Translations under genes and position numbers: made by a program
Shown here: positions 49,142-61,895 of the stretch, in pieces
Position numbering within the stretch: the stretch's first letter is position 1
Layout of the letters: the number at the start of each line of letters is the position of its first letter
NCBI GenBank assembly: GCA_038087875.1
Contig: CM075989.1
Location: 6,634,001 to 6,698,000, forward strand
DNA length: 64,000 nucleotides
Reading direction: 5' to 3'
Source: Malacoraja senta
Lineage: Eukaryota
Notes under the pieces: generated by a model
Databases searched by the model: none
Told to the model about the DNA's origin: nothing
Seen by the model: only the letters and a program-made list of their open reading frames with translations

Positions 49142-50059
49142 TAAATCTTTTCCATCCAAAAAACCTGCCCCAAATGACTTTTACATGTTGTAAATTCACA
49201 CTCCCCTACATAGCTCATTCCATACATCTATTCGTATGCTCATTCCACACTCCTATATGCTCATTCCATACATCTATCCTATGTGTGACAAAGTTGCCCC
49301 TTTCAAATCGTTCCCGTTTCACCTTAAACTTCTTCCCCCTTGTTTTAGACTTCCTTCCCCTGACAAGGCTGTGACTATCCACCTCACTATTGTATGTATA
49401 AAGTCACCCCTGAACCTCCTTGAGTTGACAGCTTCGGTCAAATCATGACTGAACTGCACTATTTTCTTCTTTCCTTGATACCTTTATAAATTAACAATGA
49501 ACTACCTACGTAGTCTATCCTTACTAGTGAATCTTCTAAACTCTGTTCCAATTTTGATATTCTGTGCTGGATTTTCCAAAGCTATTAAGTTATTCCTGAG
49601 GTATGGTGCCCACCACATTATACCTTATCTAGATTAGGCCTGATTGGAAATTAGTGAATCTAAAGCACATTTTCTCCCCCGTTTTATGTCCATTTTTCCT
49701 CCATAAATCTCAAAAAATATTGGCAACAGCTTTCAGCAAATTATCTCATTGTTCTGTGTTACTTCTCTCTCTGTAACTTGTTCTTTCAAGGCAGTTTTGA
49801 TGCCAATAGGCGATCCATACATCCGATGCTTTAGAATGAAGACGGGAGAGTGGGGAAGGAAGCACAGTGCTTGACTTCCCGACAGATCTGCCGGAGGACC
49901 AGGAATCTCATTATGCTGCCGTCGCTATGGGTAAAACAGGGCGGAGGTTCAAAAGTTTGAAGTGAGTGAATGTTCACCTTGTTTGGCGGTAAGCTTTCAG
50001 TTCAGCTATATAGTAGGTTGTCCTGAGAGTGGAGTGACAGAGAGATCTGGTACAGACTT

Positions 50060-50332
50060 TAGTTATGTTTTAGAGATACAGTGTGGAAACAGGCTTTTCG
50101 GCCCACTGAGGCCGCGATGACTAGCGATCACCTGTACACTAGCACCATCCTACACACTAGAGATAATTTACGGAAGCAAAATAACCTACAAACCTGGAAT
50201 GTCTTTGGAAGTCTTCGGAATGTGGGAGGAAACCGGAGCACCCGGAGAAAATCCACGCTGTCGCAGGGAGAACGTACAAACTCCGTACTGACAGCACCTA
50301 TAGTCAGGTATCTGGCACTCTAAGGCAGCAAC
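50060..50332 (-). mobile_element. HE1/V-SINE-type SINE
   Basis: Consensus match on the minus strand. Confidence 0.82.
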
Positions 50333-50729
50333 ACTGGTTGGGGATTCTAACTCAAACAATTTAACTCGGCTGTTTTTGATGACTGAACCCTAAGCCTTAG
50401 AATCCCCTTTCTATACCCTGCACCTCTCTCTTCTCCTTGAAGGCTATCTCCTTGGCTAAAATCTTGGTCAAACACCCTGATGTCTCCTTATGGAAGCTAA
50501 CATAAATTTTAGTTTGATGATGGACCTATTAGAGGGTTAGAGTTTAGAGGGTTAAATAGTAAAGATAGATTGTAGAGGAACAGTTGTTCTTATTAATTTA
50601 TAAAGGTATCAAGGAAAGAAGAAAATGATGCAGTTCAGTCAAGGCGTCAACTCAAGGAGGTTCAGTGATGAGTGGCATAGATAAGGTAGATAATCGCAGT
50701 CTTGTTTTCCAGCAGAGGGGAGTCTACCA

Positions 50730-51040
50730 GTGGTGTAACTGGTAGAGCCGCTGCTTCACAGCGCCTGAGACTCGGGTTCGATCCTGACCCCGAGTGCTGT
50801 CTGTGTGACGTTTGCACGTTCTCCCTGGGAGCGCGTGGGTTTCCTCCAGGTGTTCGGCATCCTCCCACGTCCCAAGGACGGTGTGGGTCTGTAGTGGGTC
50901 TTTAATTGGCCCTGTGTAAATGGCCCCCAATGTGTAGGGAAGTGGTTGCGAATGTGGGAGAGCCCGGGTGATCAGAGGTGGGCGTAGACTCCGTGGGCCA
51001 GAGGGCCCGTTTCCATGTTGAGTCACTAAACCAAATTAAA
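50730..51040 (+). mobile_element. HE1/V-SINE-type SINE
   Basis: Head, B box GGTTCGATCC and V-domain. Confidence 0.82.
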
Positions 51041-51399
51041 TGCAACATTTCCTGTGAGGGATTATATTGAGGGAAGTTGTTATTTGTTGGGAAAATTGTT
51101 TTTTTTAGAAAAATAGGTACTTAGGAAATGCAAATATCCATGGCAATACGCCACAAATCACATCAGATTTCAAGCGGTGACGGAAGTTTTCAAGGGGGAA
51201 ACTGTGAAAAACTGAGGTTAACGATGCCTCACTAGTCACTAAAGCTCATTGATAACCTGCACTGAAAGCTGGAAGCAATCCAGGCTCAATGTAACATCAA
51301 TTACAGGTCACCTTTAGCAGAAACTTGAGTCTAATTGATGTTAAGTCTCTCAGACAAATAAATCAACTCGTTTTTAGTTGGTTGATTGAACTGATTGAA

Positions 51400-51915
51400 A
51401 GATACAGCATGGAAACAGTTTCTTCGGCCTACCGAGTCCACGCCGACCATCGATCACTTATTCAAACTAGTTCTCTGTTATCCAACAGTCACATGCATTC
51501 CCTACGTACAAGGGGCAATTTTACAGCGGCCCACTAACTTATAAACCCGCACGTCTTCGAGATGTGGGAGAAAACCCTCGCGGTCACGGGGAGAATGTGT
51601 AAACTCCACACAGACAGTTAAGCTTAGTTCAGAGGTAGAGCGCGGAAACAGGCCCCCTTTGGCCCACCGGGTCCATGCCAACCTATGCACTAACCACACA
51701 CGAGGGACAATTTACAATTTTACTAAAGCCAATTAACCTACTAACTTGTTACGTCTTTGGAGTGTGGGAGGAAACCGGAGACCCTGGAGAAAACCCAAAC
51801 AGGTCAAGGGGAGAACGTCCAAACTGCGTCCAAACAGACAGCACCCGTAGTCAGGATGGAACCCGGGTCTCTGCCGCTGTAAGGCAGCAACTCTACCACT
51901 GCGCCACCGAGCCGT
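51400..51915 (-). mobile_element. Two tandem HE1/V-SINE-type SINEs
   Basis: Consensus matches on the minus strand. Confidence 0.8.
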
Positions 51916-54589
51916 CCTCAGAAATGTTGCTTCTCATTAATTTGAAATATTCCTCCACGTGAATGGAATTGAAGATTGCCGATGAACACTCCCTCTCCTG
52001 GGTTTACGATGGAAGGAGAATGAAAGTTATGAGGCTCTCAAAACCCGCCATCACCAATGAAATCTGACAAGATTTTGACAAAATGCCATCGATAATTCCC
52101 TTGCCCTGAGATGCTCTTGCAGTATGAATCATTCAAATACAAATAATTAAAAGTTAATCTTTTAAAAATGATAGACAGCACCTTAAACAATTTAAATAAT
52201 TTAGTGTAAAATACATGACAGAGCAACTAGCTTACTCTTCTGTTCTCCAGGTCAAATTCCGTTATCAATAAAGTATGGACAAGCAACTTGCTTCTCCCTT
52301 CCAAAGCTCCCAGATTATAAAGTAGTCATCTGGCAAAATTAGCTGGATGGTTCAGGGGTGCAGTTATCGTCCTGTAGCATCGTGGAGGACAAAGGAGGGG
52401 AGCCACCAAGAGGGGGAATCAGTGGGAGGCGGACACTCACTCACACGAAGAAGGGACCAACAATATCTAAGGGTACTTTGTAACTTGGCCGCACTTGTGG
52501 CGACTCTTTTGTGTAATGTGTGTGGAAAAAACACAGAATTTCACTGAACCTTGATGGTGTGAGTGAGTAAGTTTCCTTCCTTCCTTCCTTCCTTCCTCCC
52601 TCTGCCCCCGCCCTTCCCCCCTTTTACCAAAGCCAATTAACCTACAAACCTGCACGTCTTTGGAGTGTGGGAGGAAACTGGAGCACCCGGAGAAAACCCA
52701 CGCGGTCACAGGGAGAACGTACAAACTCTGTACAGACAGGACACGTGGTCCGGATCAAACCCGGGTCTCTGGTGATGTAAGGCAACTCAATTTTGTGTAT
52801 TAACTTTAAATTTTTTATTTCACAATAGGGCAGCACAATAGGGTTGGCGGAGCTGCTGCCTCACAGCGCCAAAGACCCGGTTCGATCCTGACCATGGGTG
52901 CTGTCCGTGTGGAGTTTGCCTCCGTTTTCCTCCCACATCCCAAAGACGAATGGGTTCATCGGTTCATAGGAACAGGCACCGCTCATAAGAACTGGAGGGC
53001 GGGCTTTGAAAATGGTGCCTCTTACATGCAGGCTCAGTGGACTATTTCTGTGATTTGTTCCCAGCGCATAGGGAGTGGATGAGAAAGTGGGATAACATAG
53101 AACTAGTTTGAATGGTGATCGATGGTCGGTATGCATCTGGTGGGACGAAGGGCCTGTTTCCATGCTCTATCTCTAAATTAGGAATCTCTATTCACCTGAA
53201 TCGAGACTTTGAGCTGCAGAATAAAGGAGAAAGCTGGGCTATTTTTGACTTAATTCATATGAATAATTTAAATAACTTCCTATTGTTTAAGATGTTTCAA
53301 TCACTTTTATGTATTAACTTGTAAAAGGTTATTCACAAAGGATTTATTTAAATAATTTATACTGCAGGAGCTCCTCGGAGCAGTGTTTTATGCAGAATCT
53401 CTTTCTGTGGCTTCACCTTTGATCCTCCCTCCATCGTAAAGCCCGATGATGGCACCATCTTCCATTCCATTCACATTTCCTCAGCAGTGAAGCAGTCCGT
53501 GGCTGTGTGTTTAGTTTTTAGTTTAGCTTAGAGATGCAGTGCTTCGACCTTCAAACCCGCACGTCTTTGGAGTGTGGGAGGAAACCGGGGCACCCGGAGA
53601 AAACCCACGCAGGTCACGGGGAGAACGTGCAAACTCCGTACAGACAGCACCCGCAGTCGGGATCAAACCCCGGGTCCCCGATGCTGTAAGGCAGCAACTA
53701 TACCGCAGCGCCACCGCAGAAAGGAAAATTAATGTGGGTCTCTTACAGATTGGGATGGGAGAAAATATATTGGGAAATAAATAACTGGTGGAGAAATTAA
53801 ACAACAATTTTGTGTATTTATGAAAGAAGACTTAGAACACTTAGATTAGGTTTATTATCGTCACGTGTTAAATGTTTTTGTTGGTGTACTAACCAACCAA
53901 ACCAGACAATACGAGACATGTACGCACTTAAAACAAACACAAGCATAAAAGTTAGAGCGAAGAGAGAGATACCAGAGTGTCAAATATAGTAACAAATATC
54001 GACCCAAAAGACACAGAGTGCTGGAGTAACTCAGCAGATCAGGCTGCATCTTTGGGGAACATGGATAGGTGACGTTTTGGGTTGGGGCTCTTCTTCACAG
54101 TCTGAATAAGGGTCCCAACCTGAAGAGTCATAAGGAGGATCCCGATCTGAAACGTCACCGATCCATGTCCTCCAGAGATGCTGCCTGACCCCGTTGAGTT
54201 ACTCCAGCACTTTGTGTCTTTTTTTTTTGTTGCAAACAGGGCATCTGCAGTGCTTTGTTTCGACAAATGTCTTGCTTTGTTCTGGAAGCTGTCAAGCATC
54301 TTGAGGGTTGTGGTTGTGAAGAGGAGAATATTCCCTCACATTCCCAGGAGGGCAGAATGTGAATGGGAGGCATATCTTGCACAGCAAGGTACCCAGCCTT
54401 TGATCCACTCTTGCAGCTGTGGTATTTATGCTGTTGGTCCAGTGGTGAGCCCAAGAATTAATGATGGGGGACCTGACCATGGCAATTGTGGGTAATTAGG
54501 TTGTTGGACTCTCCCTTGTAGCAGCTGGTCAGTGCATCTTTGTGGCTCCACTGAAGCCTTTTCCTTATCACTCTAGGCCTGTACATTGT

Positions 54590-54900
54590 CTAGTTTACTT
54601 TCGGGATACAGTGTGGAAACAGGCCCTTCGGCCCACCAGGTCCATGCCGACCAGCGATCCCGGCACATTAACACTCACTAGGGACAATTTTTACATTAAT
54701 ACCAAGCCAATTAACCGACACACCTGTACGTCTTTGGAGTGTGGGAGGAAACCGAAGATCTCGGAGGAAAACCCCACGCAGGTCACAGGGAGAACGTACA
54801 AACGGCGTACAGACAAGCACCCATAGTTGGGATCGAACCCGGGTCTCCGACTCTGCAAGTGCTGTAAGGCAGCAACTCTGCCGCTGCGCCACCGTGCCGC
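54590..54900 (-). mobile_element. HE1/V-SINE-type SINE
   Basis: Full-length match on the minus strand. Confidence 0.88.
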
Positions 54901-54933
54901 CCAAGTCTTGGCCGTGCCGCACACTGCAGACTA

Positions 54934-55235
54934 GGGCGGCATGGTGACACAGTGGTTAGAGCTAGTGCCTTACAGCGACAGAGACCCGGGTTCGATTCTG
55001 ACTACAGAGTTTGTATGTTCTCCCCGCGACTGCGTGGATTTTTTTTCCAAGATCTTCAGTTTCCTCCCACACTTCAATGACGTACAGGTTTGTAGGTTAA
55101 TTGGCTTGGCATAAATGTAAATTGTCCTTGGTGTGTGTAGGATAGTGTTAATGTGCGGGGGTCGCTGGTCGGTATGGTTTCGGTGGGCCGAAGGGCCTGT
55201 TTCCGTGCTGTATCTGTAAACTGAACTAAACTAAA
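54934..55235 (+). mobile_element. HE1/V-SINE-type SINE, head-to-head with the previous copy
   Basis: Full-length match on the plus strand. Confidence 0.88.
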
Positions 55236-56004
55236 CATGAATATAAATACTTTTCCAGACTCACTACAGCGATGGTGTCTTCAGGCTTCCTCTTTATGAT
55301 CTGTTCCTTGACTGTGGAAATCTGATATTTTCTCAAAGCTCTGACTTACTGTTGCTTATCGTTACATTGTGACCCTTTTCCTTTGATCCATCGCTTTCTT
55401 TCACCCTACATAACGTCCACAAGTGGACCACTTCAGCTGCTGAGTCTTTTTTCCGCTTTGAAGGGATATATATTTAGAGTCATGGCACGAAAGCAGCGTG
55501 GAAACAAGCCCTTCGGCCCAACTTGCCCACACCGGCCAATACGTCCCAGCTACACTAGTCCCACCTGCCTGCGTTTAGTCCATATCCCTCCAAACCTGTC
55601 CTATTCAACTTAAATTTGTTGTGAACTATATAGATCCATTAAATACTCATTTATTGTCACATCTTTTACTGTGTATCGAATCCATCATGAGCAACTCACA
55701 ATTCATGGTTTCACAGTTCCCTGTCTACAGATTTAAGACCCTAGTTCCCAACTTGAATTAAATTACTGTCAACCTCATGGTTGTAAAATGCCATCAGTTT
55801 ATCATCACTCTTTTCCATGGACCTCGTTACTTCCAGATTATTTACTAACTGTTTTTCATTGGCCAGTATGGGAAACAAAATGGTCTGTGCCCCAGAGAGA
55901 TCTTCATCATTAAAATTGAGAAAAAAACATTACTTACGCATCCCATAAATTCCTCCTCCAGGGAATTATTGCTAATATGGTTTGCCCAATTTATATTCAG
56001 TTTG

Positions 56005-56325
56005 GTGTTTAGAGATACAGCATGGATACAGGCCCTTCGGCCCAACGAGTCCACGCCGACCTGCGATCCCCACACATTAACACACACTCGGGACAATTTA
56101 CATTTATTCCAAGCCAATTAACCTACAAACAATTGTAATTCATTACCTGTACGTCTATAGAGTGTGGGAGAAAACGGACAATCTTGGAAAAAACCCACGC
56201 GGTCACGGGGAGAATGTACAAACTCTGTCGAGACAGCACCCAGAGATATCTCTGCAGTCGGGATCGAACCCGGTTTTGTGGCGCTGTGAGGCACCAACTC
56301 TACCACTGCCCCCACCGTGCCACCC
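56005..56325 (-). mobile_element. HE1/V-SINE-type SINE
   Basis: Consensus match on the minus strand. Confidence 0.85.
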
Positions 56326-56429
56326 TTGATGGAAACCCCTGATGATTATTGCTTTACTGCTATAGCAGGTGCATTTAATTTCCTGATTTATACCTTCTCC
56401 TGATTGATCAGCCTAGGCCTACTGGATCA

Positions 56430-56620
56430 CTTGATAATTGCTAACCACTTTAATTACTCTTCCCATTGCCGCACTGACCTCTCTGTCCCGGGACTCCTCA
56501 AGGGCCAGAGTGCGACCACACTCAAACTGGAGGAACAGGATCTCATATTCCACTTGGGTTGCTCACAACCCAAACTTTGAATACCCCAATTTTAGGTAAC
56601 TCACCTGGACTTGCACTTAT
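56430..56620 (+). mobile_element. Degenerate Penelope-like GIY-YIG remnant
   Basis: IANHFNYSSHCRTDLSVPGL...LKLEEQDLIFHLG. Confidence 0.65.
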
Positions 56621-56624
56621 TTCC

Positions 56625-56692
56625 CCCCTCCCCCCTGCCACTGCCCCCTGCCCCCTGCCCCCTGCCCCCTGCCCCCTGCCCCTCCCCCCTCC
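56625..56692. repeat. (CCCCCTG)n heptamer repeat
   Basis: Read directly from the sequence. Confidence 0.9.
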
Positions 56693-57364
56693 ACTGGATT
56701 CACAATTTGTATGGGTTTTATCCGATATCTCCGGTTTCCTCCCCCTCTCCAAAGATGCACAGGTTTGTAGGTTAATTGGCCTGGTATAAATGTAAACATT
56801 GTCCCCAGTGTATGTAGGATGGTGTTAATGTGCAGGGATCGCTGGTCGGCACCGACCCGGTGGGCCGAAGGGCCTGTTTCCACGCTGTATCTCTAAACTA
56901 AGCTAAGCTACTCATCTACTCATCCGGTTGTAGCATTGGAGTCTCCTTGCCGGCCTTGGGCACCAAGGTTGAGAGGCAACGAAGAGTCTCCTGGCGTGTG
57001 GGCAGAGTCCTGAACCAAGGAGGCTCCGGAAAGCAGATTGCTCTCACGTGAAATGAAAGGAGATAAATCTGAAATGGCTTCCTTGCCCGATAACAGTGTT
57101 ACTGAGGTCTTCCAGCGTCGATCAAAGGTGAACAAGAACATTTTCTAGATGGTGGTTTTAACAACTCTTCATTTCCTGGGATGCAGCTGGACGTGCAGAG
57201 CGAATCATTAATTTTAATCTTATCCAATTACCAGCATACATTCCAGGGTTGCTTGCTGCTGCGTCACTTACAGGCAGAAAATGCTCTTCTCCGTTTAAAA
57301 TTCGTCAGCTTTCTCTTGTGTTGTTTTGCGTGTCAGGATCGTTTCTGGATGTCCCACCCTATTG

Positions 57365-57622
57365 CGGCACGGTGGTGCAGTGGTGGAGTTGCTGCCTTGC
57401 GGCGCCCGAGACCGACCCTGACCACGGGTGCTGTCTGTACGGAGTTTGTACGTTCTCCCTGTGCCCGCGTGGGCTTTCTCCGGGCGATCCGGTATCCTCC
57501 CACACGCCAAAGGCATACAGGTTTGCAGGTTAATTGGCTTGGTATGATTGTAAATTGTCCCTAGTGTGTGTAGGATGGTGCGGGTGTAGGGGGATCGCTG
57601 GTCGGCGCGGACTTGGTGGGCC
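57365..57622 (+). mobile_element. HE1/V-SINE-type SINE whose 3' end runs into a minisatellite
   Basis: Head and V-domain present; the tail stops at GGTGGGCC. Confidence 0.85.
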
Positions 57623-57632
57623 CCCTCTCTTC

Positions 57633-58338
57633 ACAGTACTCCACCCTCAGTACTCCACCCTCAGTACTCCACCCTCAGTACTCTCCCCTCAGTACTCTCC
57701 CTCAGTACTCTCCCTCAGTACTCTCCCTCAGTACTTTTCCCTCAGTACTCTCCCTCAGTACTCTCCCTCAGTACTCTCCCTCAGTACTCTCCCCTCAGTA
57801 CTCTCCCTCAGTACTCTCCCCTCAGTACTCTCCCCTCAGTACTCTCCCATCAGTACTCTCCCCTCAGTACTTTTCCCTCAGTACTCTCCCTCAGTACTCT
57901 CCCTCAGTACTCTCCCTCAGTACTCTCCCCTCAGTACTCTCCCTCAGTACTCTCCCCTCAGTACTCTCCCCTCAGTACTCTCCCCTCAGTACTCTCCCCT
58001 CAGTACTCTCCCCTCAGTACTCTCCCCTCAGTACTCTCCCTCAGTACTCTCCCCTCAGTACTCTCCATCAGTACTCTCCCCTCAGTACTTTTCCCTCAGT
58101 ACCCTCCCCTCAATACTCCACCCTCAATACTCCACCCTCAGTTCTCTCCCCTCAGTACTCTCCCTCAATACTCTCCCCTCAGTACTCTCCCCTCAGTACT
58201 CTCCATCAGTACTCTCCCCTCAGTACTCTCCCCTCAGTACTCTCCCCTCAGTACTCTCCCCTCAGTACTCTCCCCTCAGTACTCTCCCCTCAGTACTCTC
58301 CCTCAGTACTTTTCCCTCAGTACTCTCCCCTCAATACT
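57633..58338. repeat. Minisatellite with 13-14 bp unit CAGTACTCTCCC(C)T
   Basis: About 50 tandem units. Confidence 0.97.
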
Positions 58339-58799
58339 CGTCTCTCGCAGGTAAACAAAACATGCCCTGGATATAGACCGCAGGCACGTTTGCTGATGCC
58401 ACACTTGGTCCACGTCTCGGCAGCAGATTCTTGCAGCCATTTGAACCACGCGTGGTGGGGAATGTTGGTGGAGATGGGGCCCAGTTGGCACGTGGTGCCT
58501 GCCTGATGCCAGGACCGAGCGCAAGTTGGCACTTGTGCCGGGTCTCATTGCCATGGACTGCACGACAAAGCCATTAACGTTATGAAGGGAACATGCCGAT
58601 CTGGTGGAATCCGTTTAATCACGAGAAGTAACTTTGAGTGAAGGGTCCAAGAACATCTGAAAGTATCCAGTGAAGGTTGAAGGAGATTAGGAGCGATGAC
58701 TCATGCAGACTCACGGAGAGATGAGGAAATACACTGGAGACAAATCTCTAAACCTGACAGTTTAAAACTCCATTTAAGTTAATTTCTTCAATTTCTTCT

Positions 58800-60080
58800 G
58801 CCCTCAGTATCTTCTCCCTCAGTATCTTCCCCTCAGTATCTTCCCCTCAGTATCTTCCCCTCAGTATCTTCCCCTCAGTACTCCACCTTCCAGTACTCCC
58901 CTATCAGTACTCTCCTCTGAGTACTCCATCCTCAGTATCTTCTCCTCAATACTCTCCCTCAGTATTTTCATAGAGTCATAGAGTGATACAGTGTGGAAAC
59001 CAACCCTTCGGCCCAACTTGCCCATACCAGCCAACACGTCCCAGCTGTAGGAGTCCCACCTGCCCGTGTTTGGTCCGTATCGCTCCTAAGCCTTTCCTGT
59101 CCATGTACCTGTCTGTTTCTCAAAGGTTGGAATAGTCCCTGCCTCAACTACCTCCTCTGGCAGCGTGTTCCACACACCCACCACCCTTCCCCTCATCCTT
59201 TATCCTCAGTACTCATCCCTCAGTACTCCCTTCAATACCCTGTCTTTAGTACTCCACCCTCAGTACTCTCTCCCCTTAGAAACATTGAAACATAGAAAAT
59301 AGGTGCAGGAGTAGGCCATTCGGCCCTTCGAGCCTGCACCGCCATTCAATATGATCATGGCTGATCATCCAACTCAGTATCCTGTACCTGCCTTCTCTCC
59401 ATACCCCCTGATCCCATTTAGCCACAAGGGCCACATCTAACTCCCTCTTAAATATAGCCAATGAACTGGCCTCAACTACATTCTGTGGCAGAGAATTCCA
59501 CAGATTCACCACTCTCTGTGTAAAAAATGTTCTTCTAATCTCAGTCCTAAAAGATTTCCCCCTTATCCTTAAACTGTGACCCCTTGTTCTGGACTTCCCC
59601 AACATCGGGAACAATCTTCCTGCATCTAGCCTGTCCAACCCCTTAGGAATGTTGTACGTTTCTATAAGATCCCTCCTCAGTCTTCTAAATTCCAGTACTC
59701 TCTCCCCTCAGTACTCTCTCCCCTTAGTACTCCACCCTCAGTAATCTCTCCCCTTAGTACTCTCTCCCCTTAATACTCTCTCCCCTTAGTACTCCACTCT
59801 CAGTACTCTCTCCCCTTAGTACTCTCTCCCCTTAATACTCTCTCCCCTTAGTACTCCACTCTCAGTACTCTCTCCCCTTAGTACTCTCTCCCCTTAGTAC
59901 TCTCTCCCCTTAGTACTCTCTCCCCTTAGTACTCTCTCCCCTTAGTACTCTCTCCCCTTAGTACTCCACCCTCGGTACTCTCTCCCCTCAGTACTCTCCC
60001 CTCAGTATTGCCCCCCTCAGTACTCCACCCTCAGTACTCTCCCCTCAGTACTCCACAGTACTCTCCCCTCAGTACTCCCT
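58800..60080. repeat. Further blocks of the same minisatellite (variants CAGTATCTTCCCCT, TAGTACTCTCTCCCCT) interrupted by two CR1 fragments
   Basis: Blocks at about 58800-58966, 59204-59278 and 59693-60080. Confidence 0.93.
59279..59693 (-). mobile_element. CR1 LINE 3' fragment inserted in a minisatellite
   Basis: LDAGRLFPMLGKSRTRGHSLRIRG...FFTQRVVNLWNSLPQ. Confidence 0.9.
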
Positions 60081-60547
60081 TCAGGACCCTGCCCTTAGTC
60101 CTCTCCTCACAGTCCTGTGTCCTCAGTCCTCTCACCTCAGCAGTACGAGCGTGCAGTGCAACGACGGAGGTTGTCCGTTTGAACGGCACCTCTCACACCG
60201 TGACTGCGACCCCAAGGTCGTTTTCCCCTCCTCCTTCCATCTGAGTTCAGCCTAAAACTGTTGAGATGTAATAAAACCAGTGAAGTTTCCAGGGCAGCAT
60301 GACCCGGAGCTCATAAATACTATGCTTATTAAATCTGAGCAAACAGCAAGAAAGTAATAAGTACAAACACGACAAATAATACAACACACGACGTAAAGTG
60401 AAATGATTGAAGATTTGTGGGGCCACGGAGAAAGGTTCGGGGCAGGAATGTGAAATTTGTCCAGTTCACAGTCTGTACAGATTTGATGGTCTCGGTCGTC
60501 TCCTTTGACCATTTGATTTTCTAATAACTATTTTCTGTTAACTTGGG

Positions 60548-60856
60548 GTGGTACGGTGGCAGGGCAGTATGGTGGCGGTACGGTACGGTGGCAGGGCGGT
60601 ACGGTGGCGGGCCGGTACGGTACGGTGGCAGGGCGGTACGGTACGGTGGCGGGGCGGTACGGTGGCGGGGCGGTACGGTGGCGGGGCGGTACGGTGGCGG
60701 GGCGGTACGGTGGCGGGGCGGTACGGTGGCGGGGCGGTACGGTGGCGGGGCGGTACGGTACGGTGGCGGGGCGGTACGATGGCAGGGCGGGGCGGTACGG
60801 TGGCAGGGCGGTACGGTACGGTGGCGGGGCGGTACGGTAAGGTGGCGGGGCGGTAT
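60548..60856 (+). repeat. G-rich minisatellite with 16-bp unit CGGTGGCGGGGCGGTA
   Basis: Tandem 16-mers with interspersed CGGTA 5-mers. Confidence 0.95.
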
Positions 60857-61135
60857 GGCTACAGACTTACAGCGCCAGAGACCCGGGTTCGATCCTGGCC
60901 ACGGGTGCTGTCTGTACGGAGTTTGCACGTTCTGCCCGTGACCCCGTGGGTTTTCTCCGAGATCTTCTGTTTCCTCCCACACTCCAAAGATGTACAGGTT
61001 TGTAGGTTAATTGGCTTGGGTATAAATGTAAAAATGTCCTCAGTGTGTGTAGGGTAGTGTTAATGTGCGGGGATCGCTGGTCAGTACGGACCCGGTGGGC
61101 CGAAGGGCCTGTTTCTGCGCTGTATCTCTAATCTA
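60845..61135 (+). mobile_element. HE1/V-SINE-type SINE with a tandemly amplified head
   Basis: TTACAGCGCCAGAGACCCGGGTTCGATCC, V-domain and tail. Confidence 0.88.
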
Positions 61136-61239
61136 ACATAAATTATTGCACACCAAATTGACTTCTGCAGTCCATTCCTTGTGCAGCTTTAACCCTTAAC
61201 TGTAACTAAAGGTATGTACACATTTACTCCTCCCACTGA

Positions 61240-61895
61240 CTTTGTGGCGTTTACCAAGCATAGATTTGGCGACTACTTCATTGAACACTTGCGCTCGGTC
61301 TGCCTAGGCTTACTGGATCTCCCGATTGCTAACCAGTTTAACTCCCCTTCCCATTCCCACACTGACCTTTCTGTCCTGGGCCTCCTCCTTTGCCAGAATG
61401 AGGCCACCTGCAAACTGGAGGAACAGCACCTCATGTTCAACTTGGGTAGCTTACAACCCAATGGTATGAAAATTGAATTCTCCAGTTTTTGTTAACCTCA
61501 CAGCCCCTCCCCTTTCTTCCCCCCCTACGCCCCCACTCGGACTCCCATCTATTTCGCCCCACCCCCCATCCACCCCTCCCCCCTCCGCTTACATTCCCTC
61601 CTCTGGCTTCACAATTTGCAACTCTTCAATCCTTTGGTCTCGCGCCTTCTGTCTTTTCATCTCTGGTCTTTGTCCAACTATCTTCCTATCCAAACTGCCC
61701 CTCCACCTGTGTTCACCGAACACCTGCCATGCTTTGCCCTGCACCCCCACCCCCTACAATCAGTCTGAAGAAGAGTCGCAACCCGAAATGGCATCAATCC
61801 ATGCTCCCCAGAGACCCTGCCTGACCCCCTGAGTTACTCCAGCATTTTGTGTCTATCTTCGGTGTAAACCAGCATCTGCAGTTCCTTCCTACACA
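61240..61895 (+). mobile_element. Penelope-like element 3' fragment: GIY-YIG endonuclease C-terminus, C-rich UTR, hammerhead-like core and terminal module
   Basis: TKHRFGDYFIEHLRSV...PIANQFNSPSHSHTDLSVLGL...CKLEEQHLMFNLGSLQPNGMKIEF, then CAGTCTGAAGAAG near 61761 and the GAGTTACTCCAGC...GCAGTTCCTTCCTACA module. Confidence 0.8.

Noticed and set aside
57534..58506. 280-297 aa ORFs ([12 protein letters not shown] repeats), the longest in the ORF track
   Set aside because: Translation of a stop-poor minisatellite; no start context or splice evidence.
57633..60080. Possible CRISPR-like array
   Set aside because: Units abut with no unique spacers, the context is vertebrate and there are no cas genes.
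60521..61057. Gly/Arg-rich and Pro-rich ORFs
   Set aside because: Translation of the 16-bp minisatellite plus the adjacent SINE.
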